In this document: positions 13,101 to 26,233 of the stretch, piece after piece
Numbering within the stretch: the stretch's first letter is position 1
Layout: every line of letters begins with the position of its first letter
Position numbers and translations under genes: made by a program
NCBI GenBank assembly: GCA_040954595.2
Contig: CM082581.2
Coordinates: 496,001-560,000, forward strand
Origin: Balanoglossus misakiensis
Taxonomy: Eukaryota; Animalia; Hemichordata
Direction: 5' to 3'
Length of the DNA: 64,000 nucleotides
The notes under the pieces: generated by a model
Seen by the model: only the letters and a program-made list of their open reading frames with translations
The model's database searches: none
Told to the model about the DNA's origin: nothing

Positions 13101-15125
13101 AAACAAGATGTAAATAAAAACAGAAAGGTACTTACTTCCATTTGTGTTCATCGAGCAGATCTATTTGGCCTGAATTCACAGTCATTGCTCTGCGGAGGTT
13201 TCTGTAGCTGTCACCAGCTAGGAACAAATTCCAAACAACTGTGTTTTCAACACTGTTAGGTTGTTCAACGTTGAGGATCTGGAAGGTTTATTTCATTGAG
13301 CCACCTCCGTGATCACCACCAACTTTAATCCAGATCTCATTTGCAGGGATACCCTTGTGTGAAACAAGCTTTGATGTACTAGTCAAATAAAAAGAAATCA
13401 ACAAATTTATGAGACACATTTTCTGAAAGCAACTTTATATTGTAGGTAAAATGCTTTCAATGAGTCGTTCAAAAATGGGCACTTGTGAAATATTTTAAGG
13501 TCTATTGATTTTCATGAAACATGTGTTTTGCTGACTAAACTATTGTACATTATGCATTATGAGTATGGACTTCATGCAATAACATGTACCTTCACAGTAC
13601 CAATTTCGCCTACCTTCGTAATTTCCTCAATGTTGACCAAGTGATATCAAGGTCGGTTTTCAAAAGTAACCCAGCACCAGGTGGTGCGTTAGCTGCTATG
13701 CCGAGTGATTCCAGAATTGATTCCTTATTTTCTTTGCCCATCCTTTTGAAGTCAGCACCAGCTTGTATAGTGGAGGAATCGCCTCCACCACTGACTGTCT
13801 CTCTTACTTCTTTCAAACTCTTCGACCTCTCTATTAATGTATATTTACTACAGTCCTGGCTTGTTATACGCGGTTTGGTTATTTTTGCCATGATTAAAGG
13901 CTGCAAAGTAAATGATAGAATTTCCTTCTTTACAGTGTTTTTAAACATGATATAGTTTTGCTATCCTTTATGTATCAATGATTGGGTTTGACTAGCAATA
14001 TAATTTTGACATACACACAGTGACATGATTTCAAAGGTAAATCTTGAAACAGCTTTTTAAACGGATCTCATACTCACTTGTCCCCCTGTCTTAAATCTAA
14101 CGGTGTTGTCCTCTGCCATGCTCATCTTTTCTTTCAGAATTCTGGTAGCCAGGACTTCAAACTCTCTGTATTCTCTGAACAGATGCATTCTATCCAGAAT
14201 TGTAGAAGTAGCTGTGGTAGTTGACTGTAGTGGCGAAGTTTGCTCTGTTGCTTCATGATCTTTGACTATTTTACAATAGTCGTGGTCGCGATATAATGGC
14301 AATGAAAATTTGCATTGCTGCATATGTACAGATAACTCTTCCAGGGGCATATGAGAGGTGCACCCATACATGACATTGTCACAAGATACAACAAGGGATG
14401 ACAAGACATTTGTAACTACAATTGGAACACTAACAATTGATGACACAGATATAGGAACACGACAAACTGGACATGTATGAGACGGAGACTGTACACGCCA
14501 CTCACATAGACATTCACAACAGAAAGTATGGGGCCCCTCACATAAAACCTGTAAACAGCTATCTGTGACACTTTTACAAATCGGACATTCAAAGTCTTTT
14601 GATACAGGGCTCTTGAACCTCTCATGGCTCAGTTCCAGTTCATGGCGAAACCGTTTGCTTGCTCTTAAGCGTGCACTGTTACACAACGCCTATGTGTCTT
14701 GTCGCTTCCTTTCGTCTTCTAATTCAACGGTCTTGCTGGTTTCTCCATCCTGTAAGCCCTTTGGCACGTTTACATATTTTGACCGTCCTTTCCATTGCCT
14801 TTTCCTGCCACCCTTACACAACACAGAACACACAGTACACCCTCCTATCCAGAATCCTGGTGTGTTTTGTCCAGTCAAATACTTTTATCTTGGTGGCATA
14901 TGATCTACCAACAATCTTTGCCTTCTTGTGTTGTTCAGACACTCGCTTACAATCCTTACATATGAAATTAGGGTGAATGGTTTCACAATCATCATCGAGG
15001 TTGACACCAAAGCCCTCGACAATTTCTGGTGTTTTCTCATACCTGGTGTTGTTCGATAGCTTCTCTGCACAAATTCGGCATCGTTTTGAAACTAAATTTC
15101 GATGAAACTCTATATTTCTGTACAT
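10101..15125 (-). pseudogene. Multi-exon RAG1-like (Chapaev) transposase pseudogene; exons 15125-14078, 13900-13614, 13378-13136, 13019-12943, 12836-12634, 12317-11931, 11822-11676, 11248-11065, 10411-10101
   Basis: Manual splice reconstruction with compatible phases. Motifs in order: H-x7-CRIC..D-x4-H-x4-CxxC..W..H..CxxC (Chapa); CPIC..C..H.FC..C..CPVC RING + C-x6-C..H..C; KTGGQP; WIKVGGDHGGGSMK; ITGDYEYLCKSYGLSGASGKYFCLWC; LPVLHISLGI; QAFVGNHVNK; PKVHLLECHV; GLGLFSEQGIESTH. Start context gtcaccATG at 15125, and AATAAA directly after the stop. Lesions: frameshift ~14850, TAG at 14692-14690, TAA at 13290-13288. Confidence 0.85.
12013..12042 (-). repeat. (GAT/GAC)n coding microsatellite giving a poly-Asp tract in the transposase
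   Basis: tcgtcatcatcatcatcatcgtcgtc on plus, translating to GDDDDDDDDDNDD within exon 12317-11931. Confidence 0.8.
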
Positions 15126-15786
15126 GGTGACGCGAGCCGACTGCACAGACGTCAAACTTCAAAAGTGGCGCACTTTTTTCTGTTTACACCGGTAGACGCC
15201 GTGTCCATAGCGACAGGGACATAATAGAACACAACACATGTATTCGTCACACGCATACCACACATAGAGTAGGGCTTCTCACTTCCGCGTACTTCGAGAA
15301 AATACGCCAGAATAATACAAAATCCGACGACACAAAACTCACATAAAACGATTAATAAATAGACAACAATCATGAAAAAACTTGTCTGTTGCAGTTGCAA
15401 TGCGATTATTATTTCAAAATCTGCATCGAAAAATACATTACAGTTCGAATCTCACCAAAATATGATCGCCGCCATATTAGAACTGCGCGGCCACGCATTG
15501 CGACCATTAATCGCTCGCTACTCACAAACGGTCGCACAGTTTTTCATGCCACTGCCTCCTGGGAAGGATAGATGGTTAGTGAATCCTGTGGATACGTTCA
15601 TTTTTCCCGCAAGTTCAAGCGATTCTTCACCAATCCAAGGAAATTGTACCGATTCTGAGGCATGCCGAACGAAGTCTCGTAAATTACCACAAATTCTCGC
15701 TCTATTGTAATTCTCGTTCTGTTTGTTGTTTGTTATTTCTTTCCTCAAACCAAATCCCATTAGTCTAACACGGGGAATCGCATGTG

Positions 15787-18614
15787 TGTAGGGGGGGGGG
15801 GGGAAACAGAGTGGTTCAATACTACAAGTATTATATATCAGCTAATTTTCGACAATCATCTAAAATCTAAATCATTTTTTCATATTTGGATATCTGATGA
15901 TGTATGAAATTTCCATTATATGTAAAAATGGTGCTGATTATAAAAAATGCACTCTGATTTAATACAAAATTGCGTTTTATTCGTTTTTGCACCAAAAAGG
16001 TCATTTTTAGGCAAAACATTCTTTATTTTTTTAATTCGGTGACCTGATCATATATAAACAATTGCTTGTATGTTAAAAGTTTTTATGACTTTTAAAAGCA
16101 GTGACACTGGCGGCATTCAACACGAAAATAACAATTTTAGCCACAATTTGGTCAAAATGGTAAATTTTTGAAAATTACAAAAAAATACCTGTTTTCTACA
16201 TTTTCGGAAATCTGACGGAGTATAGAATGCTCTTCGTATATATATATCGATACAAATTCCTCAAAAAACGGCCAATTTGGCTCACTGCAGACAAAATTGC
16301 GTTTTACCAAATTTTCCTTGAAAATGTCATTTTTAGAAAAGAAAAAAAAAAAACCTTTGTTCTTCGAATTTGGTGCCCTGATCATATATGACATGTTGAT
16401 TATATGTTAAAACTTTCGACCACTCCAAAAATGCAGAGATATTGATGGAATTCAAGAAAAAATAGCCATTTTGGCCATATTTTGACAAAAATGGTAAATT
16501 TATAAAAAATCATAAAAAAATAACTCTTTTCTTCATTTTCGGAAATATTATGGAGCATGAAGTGTCGTTCTCTTGTAAAAAGTGCTGCAAATTCCAGAAA
16601 AGGCGGTATAATTTGAATCACCCAAGACAAAATTACCATTTTCGACTTTTTTTCGAAAAATTGTCTTTTTTACAAAATAAATAAGAATAAATTCTTTTCT
16701 TAGTTTCAAACGGGTAGAGATACTTTCCACACGGGTTTTCTAACATTGAATTCCCATTCATCAACTCAGATTTCCTACAGCATAAGTCGGCTAAAACCCT
16801 GACACTCTAGAGCAGAAACAGTTGCACACTGGTAACGTTGAACAAGTCGATTTTTCTACGGCCTGGCTCGGCTAAATCTCCGTCACAATATGACAGACAC
16901 TAGCGTACGTTAGCAACGGTGATCAAGTCAGATTTTCTACGGCATGGCTTGGATAAAGCCCCGGCACTCTAGAGCAGAAACACGCGTACAGAGACCACGT
17001 TGATCAAGTCTGATCTCCTACGGCTTGGCTCGACTAAAACCCCGGCACACTATGACAGACACTAGCGTTCGTTAGCAACGTTGATCAAGTCAGATTTCCT
17101 ACAGCATGGCTTGGCTAAAGCCCTGGCACTCTAGAGCAGAAACACGCGTACAGAGACCACGTTGATCTACTCACATTTCCTTCGGCCTGGCACGGCTGAT
17201 GCCCCGGCACTATATATAGGACACAGACTGGCGTAAGTTAACAACGTTAATCACGTCGGGTTTCCTACGGCCTGGCTCAGCTGAAGCCCCGGCACTCTAG
17301 AGCAGAAACAGGCGTACATTGACCACGTTGATCAAGTCAGATTTCCTACGGCGTGACTCGGCTGGTGCACCGGCTCTATATGACACAGACTGGCGTAAGT
17401 TATCAACGGTGATTACGTCGGATTTCCTACGGCCTGGTTTAGCTGAAGCCCCGGCACTTTAGAGCGGAAACACGCGTACAGAGACCACGTTGATCAAGTC
17501 TGATCTCCTACGGCTTGGCTCGACTAAAACCCCGGCACACTATGACAGACACTAGCGTTCGTTAGCAACGTTGATCATGTCAGATTTCCTACGGCATGGC
17601 TTGGCTAAAGCCCTGGCACTCTAGAGCAGAAACACTCGTACAGAGACCACGTTGATCTACTCACATTTCCTTAGGCCTGGCACGGCTGATGCCCCGGCAC
17701 TATATATAGGACACAGACTGGCGTAAGTAAACAACGGTAATCACGTCGGGTTTCCTACGGCCTGGCTTGGCTAAAGCCCTGGCACTCTAGAGCAGAAACA
17801 CGCGTACAGAGACCACGTTGATCAAGTCAGATTTTGCTACGGCGTGACTTGGCTGGTGCACCGGCTCTATATGACACAGACTGGCGTAAGTTATCAACGG
17901 TGATTACGTCGGATTTCCTACGGCCTGGTTTAGCTGAAGCCCCGGCACTTTAGAGCGGAAACACGCGTACATTGACCACGATGATCAAGTCAGATCTCCT
18001 ACGGCCTGGCTCGACTAAAACCCCGGCACACCATGACAGACACTAGCGTTCGTTAGCAACGGTGATCAAGTCGGATTTCCTTCGGCCTGGCTCTGCAAAA
18101 GACCCGACACTCTAGTACAAAGACGTCGGCAAGTCGGGCAAACCGAAGAGGGAAAGTCACAGCGGTTCAACACTCGACATTTGTTCGGGTAGGACTGCAT
18201 TATTGCCTGTCAATTTATAGAGAAAGCCCGAATTTAACCAGGGCGTTTCAAACACCGACGTTAGTTGGGGGCACGGCCTGCAGTACTGCCGGGTAAGCTG
18301 ACATCGGCGTACCGCATATAATGTAGGGGGGGGGGACAGAACGGTTCAATACTACATTTATTAGATATCAGCTAATTTTGGACAATCATCTAAAATCTAA
18401 ATCATTTTTTCATATTTGGATATCTGATGATGTATGAAATTTCCATTATATGTAAAAATGGTGCTGATTATAAAAAATGCACTCTGATTTAATACAAAAT
18501 TGCGTTTTATTCGTTTTTGCACCAAAAAGGTCATTTTTAGGCAAAATATTCTTTATTTTTTTAATTCGGTGACCTGATCATATATAAACAATTGCATGTA
18601 TGTTAAAAGTTTTT
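15787..18614. repeat. Macrosatellite array, segment 2
   Basis: Resumes at 'tgtaGGGG...aaacag'. Same unit, with an expanded 81-bp array. Confidence 0.95.
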
Positions 18615-18652
18615 AGCTCACGTGAAAATCACGTGAGCTTATGGTTTAGCGA

Positions 18653-18685
<33 letters not shown>

Positions 18686-20964
18686 GTGTGTGTCTGTCTG
18701 TATACCCGATATCTCAAGAACCGCTGAACCGATTTCAACCAAATTTAGTACACAGGTTCAGATATTATATGGCAAGAACTGAAAAGGTTTTGGTGGGTGT
18801 GGCTTTGATATTAATGAAGTTATTAAAGTTTTAATTTTTCTATTACATGGTTGTCTATGAGAGCTTTCGTTAATGCCGCATATATGACCAGTGGAAACGA
18901 TAGTTTGAGGAGATCGACTGTTTGAGGGCGCTGTGAAATGAGACATTCCTGGCGATATTGCCGTGGTTCTGTCCATGCTCAGACGCTGTACCCGTCGTTA
19001 CGAATAACTTCCCTACGTGAATCCACAAGGAAGCTAACGTTGTTTAGCTGCTTCATAGAACGTAAATTGTTAATCTACAGGACCGTCAGACGAATACTCT
19101 TTTCAAATGAAGTTTGAAACTACTTACGAGTAAGTTAGTGGAGACAATATGGCGGATAGTTGGCGTGCAGCCGAATCCGCGTTATGACTATGACGTGACC
19201 CATTCATCAAGACAAACCGTAAATGATTCACGCATATTGTGGTCCTCACGCAGTCAATCTCAAAATGTCACCAGGCTTTCTATTTGTCTATTGTTCAGAG
19301 AAAAATAACAAGGCGGTTGATCACACTCAACAGTAAAATCCGTTTTGTGTGTTTATAGACAGTCTGTTATCGCCAATACTATATAGCGATTGCTAGATGG
19401 CCTACCCAATATGTGATCGAGCGAGAATGATAACATTGAATGTCTGTTCAGATCTCATTCCGTACGTCATACGTCAACATTTCGATTTCGATTTAATCCA
19501 TTCATAAAGAATTTAGAGAAAGTCGTCTTGAATTGTGACCCCGACTAACAATTTTACGATGATTTTTTGGCGACGGAATACACGAGACGCCATTGCATAA
19601 CTATGTCAGCTGGACTTCCAAGGTTACCATTTTGTGTGTATGGAATCTTATCACAGAGACTACGTACTTTGACCACGGGCGTCATGGAACAATAAAGTGT
19701 ATGGATAATTTAGCATAGGCCTAAACGAACACACAATAAGTTATTTCGTGTTTTTTTGTATATGAACGAGAACTACACTCACGGACGGCCTAGCTACAGC
19801 TGGACCTGCAAAATATGCGAGCGAACGCACTAGCGCTGCGGAAGTGATGTCGCAATCTACAACCGCACGCGCGCACGCGCCCGGCCCAGCGCGCGCGGCA
19901 GACGATCGTACGACTCATTTGCTAGCCAGGACAGACGCGTTCGTATACGGTGTATGTTAGGAAGGGTATGCAATCGCTCTCACGGAGTCTGGCGACGTGC
20001 GTTACCAAAAAGGGGGGGGGGGGGACAGGGGGGACACTTTGTTCTACGGAGCATCGAAGTGTAGTCAAATATTTTTTATGAATTTTTGGGGGAATTTTCT
20101 GCAGTTTTGTTAAAAAAATTCTTCTCTGAAATTACATGTCCAATTGATTGGAAACTTGGTATGGAGGTTCATAGGGCTTACCTGAATCACATTTGTGCAA
20201 ACGGTGGTGAAATTTTGCAAAAATGCATTTTTGGGCAATATTTCCTGTTTTTGTCAAAAAATCAAATCCTGTGAAACTGTAAGTGCAATTGTTTTGATAC
20301 TTTGTATTTGGGTTTCTAGGGGTGATCTCAGTCAGATATGATCAAATTGTAATGAAATTTGCATAATTGTATTTTTTGGGAATTTCTGCAGGGTTTGGCC
20401 AAATAGTCTTCAGTAAAACCACAAGTCCAATTGATTGGAAACTTTGAATGGGAATTCATATATGTGATATCAGTCAGATTTGTCTGAATTTCCTGTTGTT
20501 TGCCAAAATGTCTTCCTTATTGAAACTTGTTAAAGAGGTTCTTAGGCATGAACAGAAATCAAGACCTGATGTAAACTCAGAATTGAAAAGAAATGTTTTT
20601 ATTCAAATATTGTCGAAATATCAATATGTGTGATAGTGTACTTTTCTATCCTGGTTATGGTTTAAATATGGAGTTGTCACAATAATGAAATAATAAGAGG
20701 CACTGATCAGTATTCAACAATTAGGTTACAAGGGGGAGTGCAGGGGTTTCAAGCTAAACTTATTTTTTGTTATTTGACATCGTCCCTAACCCCTTACAAA
20801 AATTGACAAGGCAACAATTCCACAAACATTCCACAATGGTGCAACACACAACCCTTACACCATATACACTATAAACCAAAATGGTTTAAAACTGGTTTTT
20901 CTAATCTTGTTATTCTGTCAACCAATCACAGTACTGCACGTGAGCATATTCAGTTAATATCTGG
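18615..20964 (+). mobile_element. Non-autonomous Helentron-associated element (HINE / DINE-1-like)
   Basis: Inserted in the T-run of satellite 'aaagttttt|atgac' with no classical TSD. 5' subTIR/hairpin agctcacgtg-aaaat-cacgtgagct, then a (GT)/(GTAT)/(GTCT) microsatellite and core 'atatctcaagaaccgctgaaccgatttcaaccaaattt'. Degenerate internal repeats ('caattgattggaaactt' at ~20141 and ~20428). 3' subTIR cacgtgagca at ~20937 followed by a short tail and TT. Confidence 0.8.
18653..18702. repeat. (GT)n/(GTAT)n/(GTCT)n microsatellite inside the HINE
   Basis: Directly visible. Confidence 0.9.
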
Positions 20965-23900
20965 TTATGACTTTTAAAAGCAGTGACACAGGCGGCATTC
21001 AACACGAAAATAACAATTTTAGCCACAATTTGGTCAAAATGGTAAATTTTTGAAAATTACAAAAATACCTGTTTTCTACATTTTCGGAATTCTGATGGAG
21101 TATCGAATGCTCTTCGTATATATATATCGATACAAATTCCACAATAAACGGCAAATTTGGCTCACTGCAGACAAAATTGCGTTTTACCAAATTTTCCTTG
21201 AAAATGTCATTTTTAGAAAAAAAAATAAAAAAACCTTTGTTCTTCGAATTTGGTGCCCTGATCATATATGACATGTTGATTATATGTTAAAACTTTCGAC
21301 CACTCCAAAAATGCAGAGATAGTGACGGAATTCAAGAAAAAATAGCCATTTTGGCCATATTTTGACAGAAATGGTAAATTTTTAAAAAATCATAAAACAT
21401 TAACTCTTTTCTTATTTTTTCGGAAATATTATGGAGCATGAAGTGTCGTTCTCTTGTAAAAAGTGCTGCAAATTCCAGAAAAGGCGGTATAATTTAAATC
21501 ACCCAAGACAAAATTACCATTTTCGACTTTTTTTCGAAAAATTGTCTTTTTTACAAAATAAATAAGAATAAATTCTTTTCTTAGTTTCAAACGGGTAGAG
21601 ATACTTTCCACACGGGTTTTCTAACATTGAATTCCCGTTCATCAACTCAGATTTCCTACAGCATAAGTCGGCTAAAACCCTGACACTCTAGAGCAGAAAC
21701 AGTTGCACACTGGTAACGTTGAACAAGTCGATTTTTCTACGGCCTGGCTCGGCTAAATCTCCGTCACAATATGACAGACACTAGCGTACGTTAGCAACGG
21801 TGATCAAGTCAGATTTTCTACGGCATGGCTTGGATAAAGCCCCGGCACTCTAGAGCAGAAACACGCGTACAGAGACCACGTTGATCTACTCACATTTCCT
21901 TCGGCCTAGCACGGCTGATGCCCCGGCACTATATATAGGACACAGGCTGGCGTAAGTTAACATCGGTACTCACGTCGGGTTTCCTACGGCCTGGCTCAGC
22001 TGAAGCCCCGGCACTCTAGAGCAGAAACAGGCGTACATTGACCACGTTGATCAAGTCAGATTTCCTACGGCGTGACTCGGCTGGTGCACCGGCTCTATAT
22101 GACACAGACTGGCGTAAGTTATCAACGGTGATTACGTTGGATTTCCTACGGCCTGGTTTAGCTGAAGCCCCGGCACTTTAAATAAGAGCGGAATCACGCG
22201 TACATTGACCACGATGATCAAGTCAGATCTCCTACGGCCTTGCTCGACTAAAACCCCGGCACACCATGACAGACACTAGCGTTCGTTAGCAACGGTGATC
22301 AAGTCGGATTTCCTTCGGCCTGGCTCTGCAAAAGACCCGACACTCTAGTACAAAGACGTTGGCTAAGTCGGGCAAACCGAAGAGGGAAAGTCACAGCGGG
22401 TCAACACTCGACATTTGTTCGGGTAGGACTGCATTATTGCCTGTCAATTTATAGAGAAAGCCCGAATTTAACCAGGGCGTTTCAAACACTGACGTTAGTT
22501 GGGGGCACGGCCTGCAGTACTGCCGGGTAAGCTGACATCGGCGTACCGCATATAATGTAGGGGGGGGGGGGGACAGAACGGTTCAATACTACATTTATTA
22601 GATATCAGCTAATTTTGGACAATCATCTAAAATCTAAATCATTTTTTCATATTTGGATATCTGATGATGTATGAAATTTCCATTATATGTAAAAATGGTG
22701 CTGATTATAAAAAATGCACTCTGAATGAGCTGATTTAATACAAAATTGCGTTTTATTCGTTTTTGCACCAAAAAGGTCATTTTTAGGCAAACATTCTTTA
22801 TTTTTTTAATTCGGTGACCTGATCATATATAAACAATTGCTTGTATGTTAAAAGTTTTTATGACTTTTAAAAGCAGTGACACTGGCGGCATTCATCACGA
22901 AAATAACAATTTTAGCCACAATTTGGTCAAAATGGTAAATTTTTGAAAATTACAAAAAATACCTGTTTTCTAAATTTTCGGAAATCTGATGGAGTATAGA
23001 ATGCTCTTCGTATGTATATATCGATACAAATTCCACAAATGACCGTCTAATTTGGCTCACTGCAGACAAAATTGCGTTTTACCAAATTTTCCTTGAAAAT
23101 GTCATTTTTAGAAGAAAAATAATAAAAAAAACCTTTGTTCTTCGAATTTGGTGCCCTGATCATATATGACATGGTGATTGTAAGTTAAGACTTTCGACCA
23201 CTCCAAAAATGCAGAGATATTGACGGAATTCAAGAAAAAATAGCCATTTTGGCCATATTTTGTCAAAAATGGTAATTTTTTAAAAAATCATAAAAAAATA
23301 ACTCTTTTCTTCATTTTCGGAAATATTATGGAGCATGAAGTGTCGTTCTCTTGTAAAAAGTGCTGCAAATTCCAGAAAAGGCGGTATAATTTGAATCACC
23401 CAAGACAAAATTACCATTTTCGACTTTTTTTCGAAAAATTGTCTTTTTTACAAAATAAATAAGAATAAATTCTTTTCTTAGTTTCAAACGGGTAGAGATA
23501 CTTTCCACACGGGTTTTCTAACATTGAATTCCCGTTCATCAACTCAGATTTCTTACAGCATAAGTCGGCTAAAACCCTGACACTCTAGAGCAGAAACAGT
23601 TGCACACTGGTAACGTTGAACAAGTCGATTTTTCTACGGCCTGGCTCGGCTAAATCTCCGTCACAATATGACAGACACTAGTGTAGGTTAGCAACGGTGA
23701 TCAAGTCAGATTTTCTACGGCATGGCTTGGATAAAGCCCCGGCACTCTAGAGCAGAAACACGCGTACAGAGACCACGTTGATCTACTCACATTTCCTTCG
23801 GCCTGGCACGGCTGATGCCCCGGCACTATATATAGGACACAGACTGGCGTAAGTTAACAACGGTAATCACGTCGGGTTTCCTACGGCCTGGCTCAGCTGA

Positions 23901-26233
23901 AGCCCCGGCACTCTAGAGCAGAAACAGGCGTACATTGACCACGTTGATCAAGTCAGATTTCCTACGGCGTGACTCGGCTGGATGATGTATGAAATTTCCA
24001 TTATATGTAAAAATGGAGCTGATTATAAAAAATGCACTCTGAATGAGCTGATTTAATACAAAATTGCGTTTTATTCGTTTTTGAACAAAAAAGGTCATTT
24101 TTAGGCAAAACATTCTTTATTTTTTTAATTCGGTGACCTGATCATATATAAACAATTGCTTGTATGTTAAAAGTTTTTCCGACTTTGAAAAGCAGTGACA
24201 CTGGCGGCATTCAACACGAAAATAACAATTTTAGCCACAATTTGGTCAAAATGATAAATTTTTGAAAATTACAAAAAATACCTGTTTTCTAAATTTTCGG
24301 AAATCTGATGGAGTATAGAATGCTCTTCGTATATATATATCGATACAAATTCCACAAAAAAACGGCCAATTTGGCTCACTGCAGACAAAATTGCGTTTTA
24401 CCAAATTTTCCTTGAAAATGTCATTTTTAGAAAAAAAAAATAAAAAAACCTTTGTTCTTCGAATTTGGTGCCCTGATCATATATGACAGCATTTCCTACA
24501 GCATAAGTCGGCTAAAACCCTGACACTCTAGAGCAGAAACAGTTGCACACTGGTAACGTTGAACAAGTCGATTTTTCTACGGCCTGGCTCGGCTAAATCT
24601 CCGTCACAATATGACAGACACTAGCGTACGTTAGCAACGGTGATCAAGTCAGATTTTCTACGGCATGGCTTGGAGAAAGCCCCGGCACTCTAGAGCAGAA
24701 ACACGCGTACAGAGACCACGTTGATCAAGTCTGATCTCCTACGGCTTGGCTCGACTAAAACCCCGGCACACTATGACAGACACTAGCGTTCGTTAGCAAC
24801 GGTGATCAAGTCAGATTTTCTACGGCATGGCTTGGCTAAAGCCCCGGCACTCTAGAGCAGAAACACGCGTACAGAGACCACGTTGATCAAGTCTGATCTC
24901 CTACGGCTTGGCTCGACTAAAACCCCGGCACACTATGACAGACACTAGCGTTCGTTAGCAACGTTGATCAAGTCGGGTTTCCTACGGCCTGGCTCAGCTG
25001 AAGCCCCGGCACTCTAGAGCAGAAACAGGCGTACATTGATCACGTTGATCAAATCAGATTTCCTACGGCGTGACTCGGCTGGTGCACCGGCTCTATATGA
25101 CACGGACTGGCGTAAGTTATCAACGGTGATTACGTCGGATTTCCTACGGCCTGGTTTAGCTGAAGCCCCGGCACTTTAGATCGGAAACACGCGTACATTG
25201 ACCACGATGATCAAGTCAGATCTCCTACGGCCTGGCTCGACTAAAACCCCGGCACACCATGACAGACACCAGCGTTCGTTAGCAACGGTGATCAAGTCGG
25301 ATTTCCTTCGGCCTGGCTCTGCAAAAGATCCGACACTCTAGTGCAAAGACGTTGGCTAAGTCGGGCAAACCGAAGAGGGAAAGTCACAGCGGGTCAACAC
25401 TCGACATTTGTTCGGGTAGGACTGCATTATTGCCTGTCAATTTATAGAGAAAGCCCGAATTTAACCAGGGCGTTTCAAACACCGACGTTAGTTGGGGGCA
25501 CGGCCTGGAGTACTGCCGGGTAAGCTGACATCGGCGTACCGCATATAATGTAGGGGGGGGCGGGAAACAGAACGGTTCAATACTACATTTATTAGATATT
25601 AGCTAATTTTGGACAATCATCTAAAATCTAAATCATTTTTTCATATTTGGATATCTGATGATGTATGACATTTCCATTATATGTAGAAATGGTGCTGATT
25701 ATAAAAAATGCAATCTTAATGAGCTGATTTAATACAAAATTGCGTTTTATTCGTTTTTGCACCAAAAAGGTCATTTTTAGGCAAAACATTCTTTATTTTT
25801 TTAATTCGGTGACCTGATCATATATAAACAATTGCTTGTATGTTAAAAGTTTTTATGACTTTTAAAAGCAGTGACACTGGCGGCATTCAACACGAAAATA
25901 ACAATTTTAGCCACACTTTGGTCAAAATGGTAAATTTTTGAAAATTACAAAAAATACCTGTTTTCTACATTTTCGGAAATCTGATGGAGTATAGAATGCT
26001 CTTCGTATGTATATATCGATACAAATTCCACAAAAGACCGTCTAATTTGGCTCACTGCAGACAAAATTGCGTTTTACCAAATTTTCCTTGAAAATGTCAT
26101 TTTTAGAAAAAAAAATAAAAAAACCTTTGTTCTTCGAATTTGGTGTCCTGATCATATATGACATGTTGATTGTATGTTAAAACTTTCGACCAGTCCAAAA
26201 ATGCAGAGATATTGACGGAATTCAAGAAAAAAT
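20965..26233. repeat. Macrosatellite array, segment 3 (includes two internally deleted units near 23980 and 24488)
   Basis: Same unit. Junctions 'gactcggctg|gatgatgtat' and 'atatgacagc|atttcctacagc' skip parts of the unit. Confidence 0.93.

Larger units (their letters stand above)
9739..15786 (-). mobile_element. Chapaev / N-RAG-TP-type DNA transposon (RAG1-N-terminus-like transposase), left end damaged or truncated
   Basis: Non-satellite insert. The right terminus read on the minus strand is 5'-CACATGCGATTCCCCGTG (CAC end typical of Chapaev/Transib/RAG). It encodes Chapa finger + RING + DDE core. No matching TSD is visible, and ~375 bp of satellite is missing at the left junction. Confidence 0.85.

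Noticed and set aside
14016-14022. Perfect RSS heptamer CACAGTG inside the RAG1-like element
   Set aside because: It lies within an intron, has no nonamer at 12/23 spacing, and is expected by chance.
9739-15786. True RAG1-RAG2 (ProtoRAG/RAGL) transposon
   Set aside because: No kelch/PHD RAG2-like coding sequence or space for it. The first catalytic motif GGDHGGG and D-x69-D spacing fit Chapaev rather than RAG1L.
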